From the NCBI GenBank assembly GCA_045638545.1, contig JAZUBL010000055.1:880-64879 (forward strand): a DNA stretch of 64,000 nucleotides. Direction: 5' to 3'. Of this stretch, positions 1 to 8,826 are shown piece after piece. Source of the DNA: Acutalibacteraceae bacterium. GTDB lineage: Bacteria > Bacillota > Clostridia > Oscillospirales > Acutalibacteraceae. How positions within the stretch are numbered: the stretch's first letter is position 1; every line of letters starts with the position of its first letter. Below the pieces are notes generated by a model, which worked only from the letters and a program-made list of their open reading frames with translations, was not told the origin of the DNA and did not search any database. Both the position numbers and the translations under genes were made by a program.

Positions 1-4
1 GGAT

Positions 5-649
5 TTATTCCTTTCTGAATGGACAGTTTTTCGCCTGACAGGTCATGCATTTTGCCACATGACAGCTTGTTGCTTCCGTAGTGAAGCCGATAATAGCCGT
101 AACAGATTTGGTCGGTACCAGCATATTGCTGTCTGTACGGGTAAGGCCGATTCTTCGCTGTGCGTTAAGCAGTTCCAGCACGTCTTTCTGGTATGTCAGC
201 GGGAAGTCGCCGTAACCGGGACTGAAACGCGGCCGCAGGAACAGGTCTTTTTCTTTTGCCAGCGCTTCTATAGCATCCTGCTGCTCGTCGCAGAAGGCTT
301 CGATTGCCGCTGCGGAGCAGGCCTGTAGGATGACTGCTTTGCTGACGTCAATTACATTATATCGATGAATCAACTGATCCACCGGTGCGCCCAGTGTTGC
401 GGCAAAAAGAATGCCTTCTTCACAGCCGTTCAGGTGCATCCGCAGGCTTTTGCTTTCAATTTTAATGTTATCAAGCTCCAGTACGTTTTCATCAGTCTGC
501 CTGATCGTGACTGGGCGTGTCACTGCTTTTGGCATCATAACACGTTCCAGTTCCGCCAGAGCAGATTCTACAGCCTGCATAACAGTTTCGTCAGCCTGTG
601 CACCGCGATAACCCAGATACCGTAAAATTTCCTGTCGATTAATTTTCAT
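5..649 (-). CDS. Stand-alone methionine synthase (MetH) reactivation/AdoMet-binding-domain-like protein with a C-terminal Cys cluster
   Basis: Complete 214-aa ORF 15 nt downstream of metF on the same strand. It resembles the separate MetH activation-domain proteins found beside metF or split metH in Clostridia (recalled, not searched). The tail CHVAKCMTCQAKNC is a Cx4Cx2Cx4C motif. Confidence 0.55.
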   Translation of the reverse strand: MKINRQEILRYLGYRGAQADETVMQAVESALAELERVMMPKAVTRPVTIRQTDENVLELDNIKIESKSLRMHLNGCEEGILFAATLGAPVDQLIHRYNVIDVSKAVILQACSAAAIEAFCDEQQDAIEALAKEKDLFLRPRFSPGYGDFPLTYQKDVLELLNAQRRIGLTRTDSNMLVPTKSVTAIIGFTTEATSCHVAKCMTCQAKNCPFRKE

Positions 650-663
650 AGGTGAACGTCCTT

Positions 664-1536
664 TTAATCTTCGATAATAGAGGAGAGATTTGCCAAAATT
701 GCTGCGGCAATTTCCGGTTTATTCATGGTGTAAATATGAATATTGTTTACGCCATGGCAGATCAGGTCGATGATCTGCTCTGTTGTGTAAGCAATGCCGG
801 CCTGCATCATAGCTTCCGGTTTGTCTTCGAACTTTTCAACCATAGCCTTAAAACGAGGCGGCAGATAAGTGCCGGAAATATCAATAATACGCTTAACCTG
901 TGCGGCATTTGTAACAGGCATAATACCAGCGACAACTGGAATATGAATGCCCTTAGACAGTGTTCTGTATAAGAAGTGATACAGAATATCATTATTGAAG
1001 AACATCTGAGTTGTCATAAAGTCGCAGCCGGCATCCACTTTCTGTTTCAGGTGGTCAATGTCCAGTTCTTTGTTGCTGCATTCCACATGGCCTTCCGGAT
1101 AGCACGCAGCACCAATGCAGAAGCTTTCATCATAAGACTTGATCTTTTCAATCAGCTGATAAGCGTATTGATAGGTGCGCGGTGTGTTTTGGTCCATATC
1201 CTGCGGAAAGTCGCCGCGAAGCGCAAGAATGTTGCCGATGCCATTTTCTTTATATGTCTTCAGCGTATCCTCTACCTTCTGTTCATCGGCGCAGATACAG
1301 GTCATGTGGGCCAGAGCAGGGATATTGTGTCGGTTCTGAATGTCCGCAGCAATCTCAACGGTACGGTTGGAATTACTGCCGGATGCGCCGTAAGTAACGC
1401 TGATAAATTTCGGTTTGCTTTTTGCAAGGTCATCCACAACCTGTGTGATTTTATCCAGTGCAGCGCCTGGTTTTGGCGGGAAGATCTCGCAGGAAATGCA
1501 GGGTTTATCTGTATGCAGTAAAGCAGAGATTTTCAT
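664..1536 (-). CDS. metF: 5,10-methylenetetrahydrofolate reductase
   Basis: 290-aa ORF with MTHFR-like sequence throughout (FISVTYGASGS, ALRGD, and others). A consensus promoter lies upstream on the minus strand. Confidence 0.85.
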   Translation of the reverse strand: MKISALLHTDKPCISCEIFPPKPGAALDKITQVVDDLAKSKPKFISVTYGASGSNSNRTVEIAADIQNRHNIPALAHMTCICADEQKVEDTLKTYKENGIGNILALRGDFPQDMDQNTPRTYQYAYQLIEKIKSYDESFCIGAACYPEGHVECSNKELDIDHLKQKVDAGCDFMTTQMFFNNDILYHFLYRTLSKGIHIPVVAGIMPVTNAAQVKRIIDISGTYLPPRFKAMVEKFEDKPEAMMQAGIAYTTEQIIDLICHGVNNIHIYTMNKPEIAAAILANLSSIIED

Positions 1537-1620
1537 GTTCTGTATCGCTCCTTTGTAATGTTATTGAAAAGCAGACATAACTGCTGATTTGTTCTGAAAA
1601 TATTGTCTTTTAACCTTCAT

Positions 1621-1650
1621 ATTATAACGGATACGGCAATACCTTGTCAA
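1621..1650 (-). promoter_or_regulatory. Sigma-A-type promoter for metF
   Basis: The minus strand reads TTGACA-18 nt-TATAAT (TTGACA at 1650-1645, TATAAT at 1626-1621), about 85 nt upstream of the metF ATG. Confidence 0.55.
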
Positions 1651-1701
1651 TTACTGTGTAAATAGTCTTTGTGACATAGTTACAGTTTCTGAAAGAAAAT
1701 A

Positions 1702-1730
1702 TTGCCAGGTTAGGGCTGTTGTGCTATAAT
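1702..1730 (+). promoter_or_regulatory. Sigma-A-type promoter for the hyd maturation operon
   Basis: TTGCCA (1702-1707), a 17-nt spacer ending in TGc, then TATAAT (1725-1730), giving an extended -10. Confidence 0.55.
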
Positions 1731-1737
1731 AAAAGCA

Positions 1738-1996
1738 CTCTCACTACAATCTGACCCGAGAGGGGGCACCCGACCGGAAAGAGGAATGAGAGGGTTAAAA
1801 AGCAAATCGTACTGACTTGTAAGGCGTGTTTTGCCGAACGATAAGGCGATAGCATCACTGTGACAATTGAATTTAACCGGGGATCATTCCCTTTAAATTT
1901 GATATGTTTCCAATGAACTCTATCGCTCTGTGTTGTTCCAGAACACAGGGCGTTTGCTTTTTTACAGAAAATGCAAGGGAGAAAGGAGAATCTGAT
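1738..1996 (+). promoter_or_regulatory. Long structured 5' leader (about 260 nt) of the TM1266-hydG-hydF operon; candidate riboswitch or attenuator of unassigned class
   Basis: No credible ORF lies between the promoter and the TTG start at 1997. The leader contains a long hairpin (AATTTAA..GGGGA-TCA-TTCCC..TTAAATT, about 1870-1905) and an intrinsic terminator (1924-1963). Confidence 0.45.
1924..1963 (+). terminator. Intrinsic terminator (attenuator) inside the hyd maturation leader
   Basis: An 11-bp stem, CGCTCTGTGTT / AACACAGGGCG with one G-U pair and a 7-nt loop, is followed by TTTGCTTTTTT. It sits 34 nt before the first start codon of the operon. Confidence 0.6.
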
Positions 1997-2254
1997 TTGT
2001 GTAACGCAACGGACTGTCGAGTAGCACTGGTAGGAATCATGCTGCAGAACAATACTGCGGCAGATCAGGTGAACACCATTCTTGGCGAATACGGACAATA
2101 TGTCGTTGGCCGGATGGGACTGCCTTATCGACAAAAAAATGTTCACGTCATCAGCGTTGTAGTAGATGCGCCGAATAATATTATCAGCGCCCTGTGTGGT
2201 AAGCTGGGGATGGTACCGGAGATCAGCGTAAAAGTCATCTACAATAAAGTTTGA
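1997..2254 (+). CDS. TM1266-family putative iron-only hydrogenase system regulator (ACT/NikR-C-like, 85 aa)
   Basis: TTG start 6-7 nt after AAGGAGAA. The sequence RVALVGIMLQNN..ILGEYGQYVVGRMGLPYRQKNVHVISVVVDAP..ISALCGKLG matches my memory of the small TM1266-type proteins encoded next to hydE/F/G. The ORF-track start at 1904 lies inside the leader and terminator. Confidence 0.7.
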   Translation: MCNATDCRVALVGIMLQNNTAADQVNTILGEYGQYVVGRMGLPYRQKNVHVISVVVDAPNNIISALCGKLGMVPEISVKVIYNKV

Positions 2255-2308
2255 CGGAAATACCTGCATATCAAATTATTTTGTAAAAAAACGAAGGGAG
2301 AACCTGTT

Positions 2309-3736
2309 ATGTATAATCCAAAATCTAAAATCGCAACTGAATTTATCGATCATGATGAGATCCTGGAATCTCTGAAATATGCAGAAGAAAACAAGAGCAA
2401 CCGTGAACTGATCGAATCTCTGCTGGACAGAGCGGAAGACTGCAGAGGCCTTACTCATAGAGAAGCTGCTGTTCTGCTGGAGTGCACAGAGCCTGACCTG
2501 AACCAGAGAATTGAAGAACTGGCAAAGAGAATCAAGCAAAAGTTCTATGGCAACCGTATCGTTATGTTTGCGCCGCTTTACCTCTCCAACTACTGCGTAA
2601 ACGGCTGCACATACTGCCCATACCATTTTAAAAACAAGAATATCTGCCGTAAGAAGCTGACACAGGAAGAAATCGTTAAGGAAGTTATTGCACTGCAGGA
2701 TATGGGTCATAAGCGTCTGGCTCTGGAAGCTGGTGAAGATCCGGTTAACAACCCAATCGAGTACATCCTGGAGAGCATCAAAACAATTTACAGCATTAAG
2801 CACAAGAACGGTGCGATCCGCCGCGTAAACGTAAATATCGCAGCAACAACAGTTGAAAACTATCGCAAGCTCCACGAGGCTGGCATCGGTACATATATCC
2901 TGTTCCAGGAAACATACCATAAGGAATCTTATGAGCAGCTCCATCCAACAGGTCCAAAGCACAACTATGCTTACCACACAGAAGCAATGGACCGTGCAAT
3001 GGAAGGCGGCATCGATGACGTAGGTATCGGCGTTCTGTTTGGCCTCGACAAGTACCGTTATGATTTCGTTGGTATGCTGATGCACGCAGAGCACCTGGAA
3101 GCAGTATTCGGCGTTGGTCCGCACACAATCAGTGTTCCAAGAATCCGTCCTGCAAACGACATCGACGTTGCAGATTTCAATAACTCCATCTCCGACGATA
3201 TCTTTGCAAAGATCGTTGCTGTTCTCCGTATTGCAGTACCATACACAGGCATGATCGTTTCCACAAGAGAATCTCAGGCTTCCCGTGAGCGCGTTCTTGA
3301 GCTGGGCGTATCTCAGATCAGCGGCGGTTCCAAGACAAGCGTTGGCGGCTATGCAGATCCGGAAGCAGAGAAGATCGACGAGAACACAACAGAGCAGTTC
3401 GACGTTGAAGATACACGTACACTGGACGAGATCGTAAACTGGCTGCTGGGCAGAGGTTTTGTACCAAGCTTCTGCACAGCCTGCTACCGCGAAGGCAGAA
3501 CAGGTGATCGCTTCATGCAGCTGGTAAAGTCCGGCCAGATTGCAAACTGCTGCCAGCCAAATGCGATCATGACACTGAAGGAGTATCTGGAAGACTATGC
3601 ATCCCCTGATACAAAGGCAAAGGGCGAGGCTGTTATTGCAAGCGAACTGGAGACAATTCCAAATCCAAAGGTAAAGGAAAGAGCGGAGCGTTTCCTCGTT
3701 GAAATGCTGGAAGGCAAGCGTGACTTCCGCTTCTAA
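2309..3736 (+). CDS. hydG: [FeFe]-hydrogenase H-cluster radical-SAM maturase HydG
   Basis: 475 aa. Carries the radical-SAM CVNGCTYC (Cx3Cx2C) motif and a C-terminal CTAC..(about 22 aa)..C auxiliary cluster motif. ThiH/HydG-like throughout, with RBS GAAGGGAG. Confidence 0.9.
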   Translation: MYNPKSKIATEFIDHDEILESLKYAEENKSNRELIESLLDRAEDCRGLTHREAAVLLECTEPDLNQRIEELAKRIKQKFYGNRIVMFAPLYLSNYCVNGCTYCPYHFKNKNICRKKLTQEEIVKEVIALQDMGHKRLALEAGEDPVNNPIEYILESIKTIYSIKHKNGAIRRVNVNIAATTVENYRKLHEAGIGTYILFQETYHKESYEQLHPTGPKHNYAYHTEAMDRAMEGGIDDVGIGVLFGLDKYRYDFVGMLMHAEHLEAVFGVGPHTISVPRIRPANDIDVADFNNSISDDIFAKIVAVLRIAVPYTGMIVSTRESQASRERVLELGVSQISGGSKTSVGGYADPEAEKIDENTTEQFDVEDTRTLDEIVNWLLGRGFVPSFCTACYREGRTGDRFMQLVKSGQIANCCQPNAIMTLKEYLEDYASPDTKAKGEAVIASELETIPNPKVKERAERFLVEMLEGKRDFRF

Positions 3737-3755
3737 AATAGAAAGGGGTGCCATT

Positions 3756-4979
3756 ATGAGCCTGACAAACACACCAAGTGCAAACCGACTGCATATTGGC
3801 ATTTACGGTAAGCGCAACAGCGGCAAATCTTCACTCATTAACGCCATTACCAGCCAGAGCATCGCGCTGGTCAGCGATGTGCCGGGTACGACAACAGACC
3901 CGGTTTACAAGGCAATGGAGATCCACGGCATCGGTCCTTGTATGCTGATTGATACTGCCGGATTTGATGATGAAGGCCACCTGGGACAGATGCGTGTGGA
4001 AAAAACAAAGGCAGCGCTGCACAAAACAGACGTTGCGCTGATGTTGTTCCCGGGCATGGATCTGGATATGGAAAAAGAATGGATCCGTGACCTGAAAAAA
4101 CAGAAAACACCAATTGTTCCAATTATCAATAAAACAGATATCCGTTCCGAAGCAGAGATTCAGGAACTGAAAACAGCCATTGAGGAACTGCTGAAAGAAC
4201 CACCAATTCTCGTCAGTGCACAGACCGGTGATGGAATTGATGATCTGAAAAAAGCAATCATCCGTGCTGTACCGGAAGATTTTGAGCAGAAGACCATTAC
4301 CGGTGCTCTTGTTTCGACCGATGACGTAGTGCTGCTGGTTATGCCGCAGGATATTCAGGCGCCGAAGGGCAGACTGATCCTGCCGCAGGTGCAGACCATC
4401 CGGGATCTGCTGGACAACAAGTGTGTTGTTGTAAGTACCACTGCAGACCAGATTGATACGGCACTGAAAGCACTGGCAAAGCCGCCGGCATTGATCATTA
4501 CCGACTCCCAGGTATTTCCGCTGGTATATGAGAAAAAGCCGGCAGAGAGCCGACTGACATCTTTTTCCCTGCTGTTTGCAGCGTATAAAGGTGATCTGCA
4601 GTCTTTTGTAGATGGCGCAGCCGCTATTGATAAGCTGACACCGCAGTCGAAAATCCTCATTGCAGAGGCCTGCACCCACGCACCGTTGGAAGAAGATATC
4701 GGCAGAGTGAAGATTCCGGCAGCACTGCGGAAACGTTACGGCGCAGAACTGCAGGTGGATATTGTCAGCGGCGCTGACTTTCCGAAGGATCTCAGTCAGT
4801 ATGATCTGGTGATTCACTGCGGAGCCTGCATGTTTAACAAAAAACACGTGATGTCCCGCATTGAACAGGCAGCTGAGCAGAAAACACCAATTACCAACTA
4901 TGGCGTAACACTGGCAAAACTGGCCGGTATTCTGGATAAAGTGGATTTGGGAACCATGGCAAAAGTAAAAAACCAGTAA
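3756..4979 (+). CDS. hydF: [FeFe]-hydrogenase maturation GTPase/scaffold HydF
   Basis: 407 aa from the ATG after GAAAGGGG. P-loop GKRNSGKSS, DTAG, NKTD, and the C-terminal CTH...HCGAC cluster motif typical of HydF. The ORF-track start (3699) overlaps hydG and was rejected. Confidence 0.85.
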   Translation: MSLTNTPSANRLHIGIYGKRNSGKSSLINAITSQSIALVSDVPGTTTDPVYKAMEIHGIGPCMLIDTAGFDDEGHLGQMRVEKTKAALHKTDVALMLFPGMDLDMEKEWIRDLKKQKTPIVPIINKTDIRSEAEIQELKTAIEELLKEPPILVSAQTGDGIDDLKKAIIRAVPEDFEQKTITGALVSTDDVVLLVMPQDIQAPKGRLILPQVQTIRDLLDNKCVVVSTTADQIDTALKALAKPPALIITDSQVFPLVYEKKPAESRLTSFSLLFAAYKGDLQSFVDGAAAIDKLTPQSKILIAEACTHAPLEEDIGRVKIPAALRKRYGAELQVDIVSGADFPKDLSQYDLVIHCGACMFNKKHVMSRIEQAAEQKTPITNYGVTLAKLAGILDKVDLGTMAKVKNQ

Positions 4980-5007
4980 AAACGCACGAAAGACGTCGCA
5001 TTTTCTC

Positions 5008-5036
5008 TTGACAAATTTGTGGAAACAGATTATCAT
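5008..5036 (+). promoter_or_regulatory. Promoter of the ilv T-box leader
   Basis: TTGACA-17 nt-TATCAT. Confidence 0.5.
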
Positions 5037-5042
5037 AAAGTA

Positions 5043-5322
5043 TACATATAATAGAAAAAATGCGATGACGGAGAACACGCATAGGTCCCTTTGGCACAGA
5101 GAACTGATGGTTGGTGGAAATCAGCGCAAAGCCCTATGTTGATCCCTCCACAGCAGGCAGCTGAACCCGGAATCTGGTAGTAAGCGGCAGCCCGTAAGCT
5201 CCACGTTACAGGGGCGAGCATTGGTTTTCGATGCGTTAAGTGCCATGGCTTAGCTGTGGAATTAGAGTGGTACCACGGAGCGTTCAGTCTTCGTCTCTGC
5301 GTTGGAGACGAAGACTTTTTTA
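5043..5322 (+). promoter_or_regulatory. T-box riboswitch leader (branched-chain amino acid class; specifier not resolved)
   Basis: Conserved T-box sequence AATTAGAGTGGTACCACGG at 5260-5279. Stem I elements are present (AGAGA bulge and GGTGGAAA distal loop, about 5097-5120). Terminator AGTCTTCGTCTC / GAGACGAAGACT plus a T-run at 5286-5322. Candidate specifier triplets in TGTTGATCC (about 5137-5145) are UUG, GUU and AUC. Confidence 0.85.
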
Positions 5323-5367
5323 TTATATTTTTATCTATTCGAATTAACAGCAAAGGAGAAATTACTT

Positions 5368-7080
5368 ATGCGTTTAACAGGTGCACAAATCATCATGGAG
5401 TGCTTGCTGGAGCAGAAGGTTGACACAGTCTTCGGCTATCCGGGCGGCGCTGTATTGAATATTTATGATGCCCTTTATGAATATCAGGATCGTATCAATC
5501 ATGTCTGCACAGCACACGAACAGGGTGCTTCTCATGCTGCAGATGGTTATGCCCGCGCAAGCGGCAAAACAGGCGTATGCATTGCAACATCTGGCCCAGG
5601 TGCAACAAACCTGGTAACCGGTATTGCAACTGCATATATGGATTCTATTCCAATGGTTGCAATTACCGGCAACGTAAACCTTGGTCTGCTGGGTCTGGAC
5701 AGTTTCCAGGAAGTAGATATCACCGGCATTACTATGCCAATTACAAAACACAACTTTATTGTTAAAAAAGTTGAGCATCTGGCAGATACTCTTCGCCAGG
5801 CATTCCGTATTGCAAATGGCGGCAGAAAGGGTCCTGTTCTTGTAGATATTCCAAAGGATATCACCGCAGCAGTATGTGAGTATACACCAAAAGATCCATC
5901 TGAGCCATTCAGCATAGATGATGCCCGCGAAATGCATCTTCCGGTCGCAAAGCCATTGCCAAGACTGAAGGAGGAGAAGCTGGAGCATGCGCTGCAGATG
6001 ATTGCAGCATGTGAGCGTCCATTCCTGTATGCAGGCGGCGGCATTATTGCATCTGATTGCAGTGAAGAGCTGGCTGCGTTTGCTGAAAAGCTGGATGCTC
6101 CGGTTGCTTGCTCTCTCATGTGCCAGGGCGGTTTTGACCAGAGCAACGACCGCTATATGGGTATGCTGGGCATGCATGGTACTATGACTTCTGCACAGGC
6201 ATTAAAAAACTGTGACCTGTTTGTGGCAGTTGGTACTCGTTTTTCTGACCGTGTTTTGTGCAATGCAAATCTTTTTGCACGCCACTGCCACGTGATTCAG
6301 ATCGACATTGACCCTGCAGAGTTTGATAAGCAGATCAGCATTTCTGAAAAGCTCAGCGGCGATGCAAAAGTAGTGCTCAAAGTGCTGCTTGAGAGAATGG
6401 AGCAGAAGTCCAATCCGGATTGGATGAGCAAGATTGCTGCATGGAAGCAGGAATATCCGCTGATGCAGGAACCAACAACGGAAGGCGGCGTAACACCGCA
6501 GATGCTGATGGAAACACTCCGCAAGCTGACAGATGACAATGATATCATCACAACAGAAGTTGGTCAGCACCAGATGTGGGCTGCACAGTTTTACGAGTAT
6601 CGCAAACCGAGAACATTCCTCAGCTCCGGCGGCCTCGGTACTATGGGTTACGGTCTTGGTGCATCCATCGGCGCAAAATTTGCCTGTCCGGACAGACGCG
6701 TGATCAACGTGGCAGGCGATGGCAGTTTCCACATGAACTGCAACGAACTTTCCACAGCAGCAAAATACAATGTGCCGATCGTGGAAGTTCTCATGAATAA
6801 CTCAGTTTTAGGTATGGTATATCAGTGGCAGAATCTGTTCTATGAAAAGCGCTACTCCAATACTGTTCTGCAGAAGCCAACCGATTACGTAAAGCTGGCA
6901 GAAGCATTTGGCATTAAAGGTTATACCATCACATGTCAGGAAGAATTAGAGCCGGTTCTTCGCGAAGCACTTTCTCAGGACGGTCCTGTTCTTGTAAACT
7001 GCCTCATCGACAAAAATATCAACGTATTGCCAATGGTTCCGGCAGGCAAGTCTCCGGAAGAGCCATTGCTGAAGATTTAG
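5368..7080 (+). CDS. ilvB: Acetolactate synthase (acetohydroxyacid synthase) large subunit
   Basis: 570 aa from the ATG 8 nt after AAAGGAGAA (MRLTGAQIIMECL..). ThDP enzyme with the GDGSF motif. The ORF-track start at 5302 lies in the T-box terminator. Confidence 0.9.
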   Translation: MRLTGAQIIMECLLEQKVDTVFGYPGGAVLNIYDALYEYQDRINHVCTAHEQGASHAADGYARASGKTGVCIATSGPGATNLVTGIATAYMDSIPMVAITGNVNLGLLGLDSFQEVDITGITMPITKHNFIVKKVEHLADTLRQAFRIANGGRKGPVLVDIPKDITAAVCEYTPKDPSEPFSIDDAREMHLPVAKPLPRLKEEKLEHALQMIAACERPFLYAGGGIIASDCSEELAAFAEKLDAPVACSLMCQGGFDQSNDRYMGMLGMHGTMTSAQALKNCDLFVAVGTRFSDRVLCNANLFARHCHVIQIDIDPAEFDKQISISEKLSGDAKVVLKVLLERMEQKSNPDWMSKIAAWKQEYPLMQEPTTEGGVTPQMLMETLRKLTDDNDIITTEVGQHQMWAAQFYEYRKPRTFLSSGGLGTMGYGLGASIGAKFACPDRRVINVAGDGSFHMNCNELSTAAKYNVPIVEVLMNNSVLGMVYQWQNLFYEKRYSNTVLQKPTDYVKLAEAFGIKGYTITCQEELEPVLREALSQDGPVLVNCLIDKNINVLPMVPAGKSPEEPLLKI

Positions 7081-7092
7081 GAGGGATATACT

Positions 7093-7590
7093 GTGACTTA
7101 TCATCACGATACTGTGGAGCGGGATTATATCGTCTCCATTCTGGCGCAGAACAACTCCGGTGTTCTGCTGCGTATTGCCGGTTTGTTCAGCCGCAGACGC
7201 TATAACATCAAGAGCATTGTTGCAGCGCAGACAAAAGACGCAGCACATTCCCAGATCCTGATCGTCGTTCATGGTGATGACCGTATTGTTCGTCAGGTAG
7301 GTAAGCAGCTGTACAAAATGGAAGAAATCGAGCAGGTAAGTGTCCTGGATGATCGCGATTCTGTTGTACGTGAACACCTTCTGCTGAAGGTTTCCAGAAC
7401 AGATGCCAACAGCGAGCAGCTGGTTTCCATTGCAAGTGTATTCCGTGCGAACATCCTGAATGTAACAGCAGAAAATATCATTGTGGAGCTGACAGGCACA
7501 CCACGTACTCTGGATACTTTTGTGGAATGCTACCGTCCGTACGAGATTATTAAAATTCTCCGTACCGGTACCATGGCTATGGAACTGTAA
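7093..7590 (+). CDS. ilvN: Acetolactate synthase small (regulatory, ACT) subunit
   Basis: 165 aa with a GTG start after GGAGGG. The sequence ILAQNNSGVLLRIAGLFSRRRYNI is typical of IlvN/IlvH. Confidence 0.85.
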   Translation: MTYHHDTVERDYIVSILAQNNSGVLLRIAGLFSRRRYNIKSIVAAQTKDAAHSQILIVVHGDDRIVRQVGKQLYKMEEIEQVSVLDDRDSVVREHLLLKVSRTDANSEQLVSIASVFRANILNVTAENIIVELTGTPRTLDTFVECYRPYEIIKILRTGTMAMEL

Positions 7591-7623
7591 TTGTTTAGTG
7601 GGCTTGAAGGAGTAATTGTTTGA

Positions 7624-8826
7624 ATGTTGACCTTAGATAAAATCTATCACGCGGCCTTTGTGCTGAAAGACGTGATTCGCAAAACTGACCTGATCAATGC
7701 GCCGGCACTGAACCCGAATGCTGATATTTATCTGAAAACAGAAAATCTGCAGATCACCGGTTCTTTTAAGCTGCGCGGTGCTTCTTACAAGATTTCTCAG
7801 CTGACAGAGGAGGAAAAGGCTGCTGGTATTGTGGCATCTTCCGCAGGCAACCATGCACAGGGTGTTGCAATGGCATCGGCAAAGTCCGGTATTCCATGCA
7901 CAATCTGTATGCCGGACGCAGCGCCAATTTCTAAAATTGAAGCAACCAAGCGCCTTGGCGCAAAGGTTGCATTGGTTCCAGGCGCATATGACGACGCTTA
8001 CAAGCATGCACTGAAACTGCAGAAGGAGAACAGCCTGACACTGATCCATCCGTTCGATGATCCTGACGTAATTGCAGGCCAGGGTACCATTGGTCTGGAG
8101 CTGCTGGATCAGCTGCCGGACATGGATGCTGTAATTGTACCAATTGGCGGCGGCGGTCTGATTTCCGGCGTTGCGTTTGCAATCAAATCTCTGAACCCGA
8201 ACATTAAAGTGTACGGTGTGCAGGCAAACGGTGCGCCTTCCATGCGCAATTCTATTGAGCATCATCAGATTGAAACACTGGAAAGCGTTTCCACCATTGC
8301 GGACGGTATTGCGGTTAAACGTCCGGGTGAGCTGACTTATGAGCTTTGTGAAAAATATGTAGATGACATCTGCACTGTAACTGACGACGAGGTTTCCACT
8401 GCAATTCTGGCGCTGATCGAGCGACAGAAGATGATTGCAGAAGGTGCCGGCGCCGTTGCTGTTGCAGCAGCAATGTTTAATAAATTTGACATCAAGGGTA
8501 AAAAAGTTGCTTGTATTGTTTCCGGCGGTAATATTGATGTTAATATCCTTTCCAGAGTGATCAGCCGCGGCCTGCTGAAGTCCGGTCGTTCTACAGAGAT
8601 TACTCTGGAGGTTATCGATAAGCCGGGCCAGCTCAGCGATGTTTCCCGCATCATTTCCGATGTAGGCGGCAACGTTGTATCTGTTCACTATGACCAGACT
8701 GGTGAGAACACTCATGTTAATGGTTGTTATCTCCGTCTGCGTCTGGAGACAAGAGACTTTGAACAAATTGATGCGATCCGGCAGGCACTGCAGGCCGGCG
8801 GTTATAAAATTGTTAGTTCCAGATAA
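7624..8826 (+). CDS. ilvA: Threonine ammonia-lyase (threonine dehydratase) with C-terminal ACT-like domain
   Basis: 400 aa with the PLP-lysine motif GSFKLRGA and a glycine loop GGGGLISG. Confidence 0.85.
   Translation: MLTLDKIYHAAFVLKDVIRKTDLINAPALNPNADIYLKTENLQITGSFKLRGASYKISQLTEEEKAAGIVASSAGNHAQGVAMASAKSGIPCTICMPDAAPISKIEATKRLGAKVALVPGAYDDAYKHALKLQKENSLTLIHPFDDPDVIAGQGTIGLELLDQLPDMDAVIVPIGGGGLISGVAFAIKSLNPNIKVYGVQANGAPSMRNSIEHHQIETLESVSTIADGIAVKRPGELTYELCEKYVDDICTVTDDEVSTAILALIERQKMIAEGAGAVAVAAAMFNKFDIKGKKVACIVSGGNIDVNILSRVISRGLLKSGRSTEITLEVIDKPGQLSDVSRIISDVGGNVVSVHYDQTGENTHVNGCYLRLRLETRDFEQIDAIRQALQAGGYKIVSSR

Noticed and set aside
1904-1996. The N-terminal 31 codons of the ORF-track entry 1904..2254.
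   Set aside because: This segment spans the leader terminator hairpin and has no RBS. The conserved TM1266-like sequence begins at the TTG at 1997, right after AAGGAGAA.
1738-1996. Assigning the hyd-maturation leader to a known riboswitch class (ykkC/guanidine, FMN, cobalamin, TPP, SAM, T-box, Moco).
   Set aside because: Only short fragments resemble these consensus cores (GACCCGAGAG, CCCGACCGG, GCATCACTG). The remaining invariant elements of each class are absent, so the leader is left unclassified.
2276-5078. Very long antisense ORFs opposite hydG (2276..3802, 508 aa) and hydF (3831..5078, 415 aa).
   Set aside because: Their translations are low-complexity and rich in Cys, Leu, Phe and Gln, with no motifs. 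Each mirrors a sense gene that has unmistakable motifs and a proper RBS. The open antisense frames are what strong sense-strand codon bias produces, because few codons have a reverse complement that is a stop.
5302-5367. Upstream-extended starts in the ORF track: ilvB at 5302, hydF at 3699, rpsJ at 15909, rplE at 21897, rplF at 23072, pheA at 13174, serC at 35113, DRTGG at 35343 and 37516, hydA2 at 45995, ruvX at 54529, galE at 55534, pyrC at 49908, vanZ at 63262.
   Set aside because: Each extension overlaps an upstream gene, a terminator or a promoter and lacks an RBS. An internal start with a proper Shine-Dalgarno sequence matches the conserved protein N-terminus.
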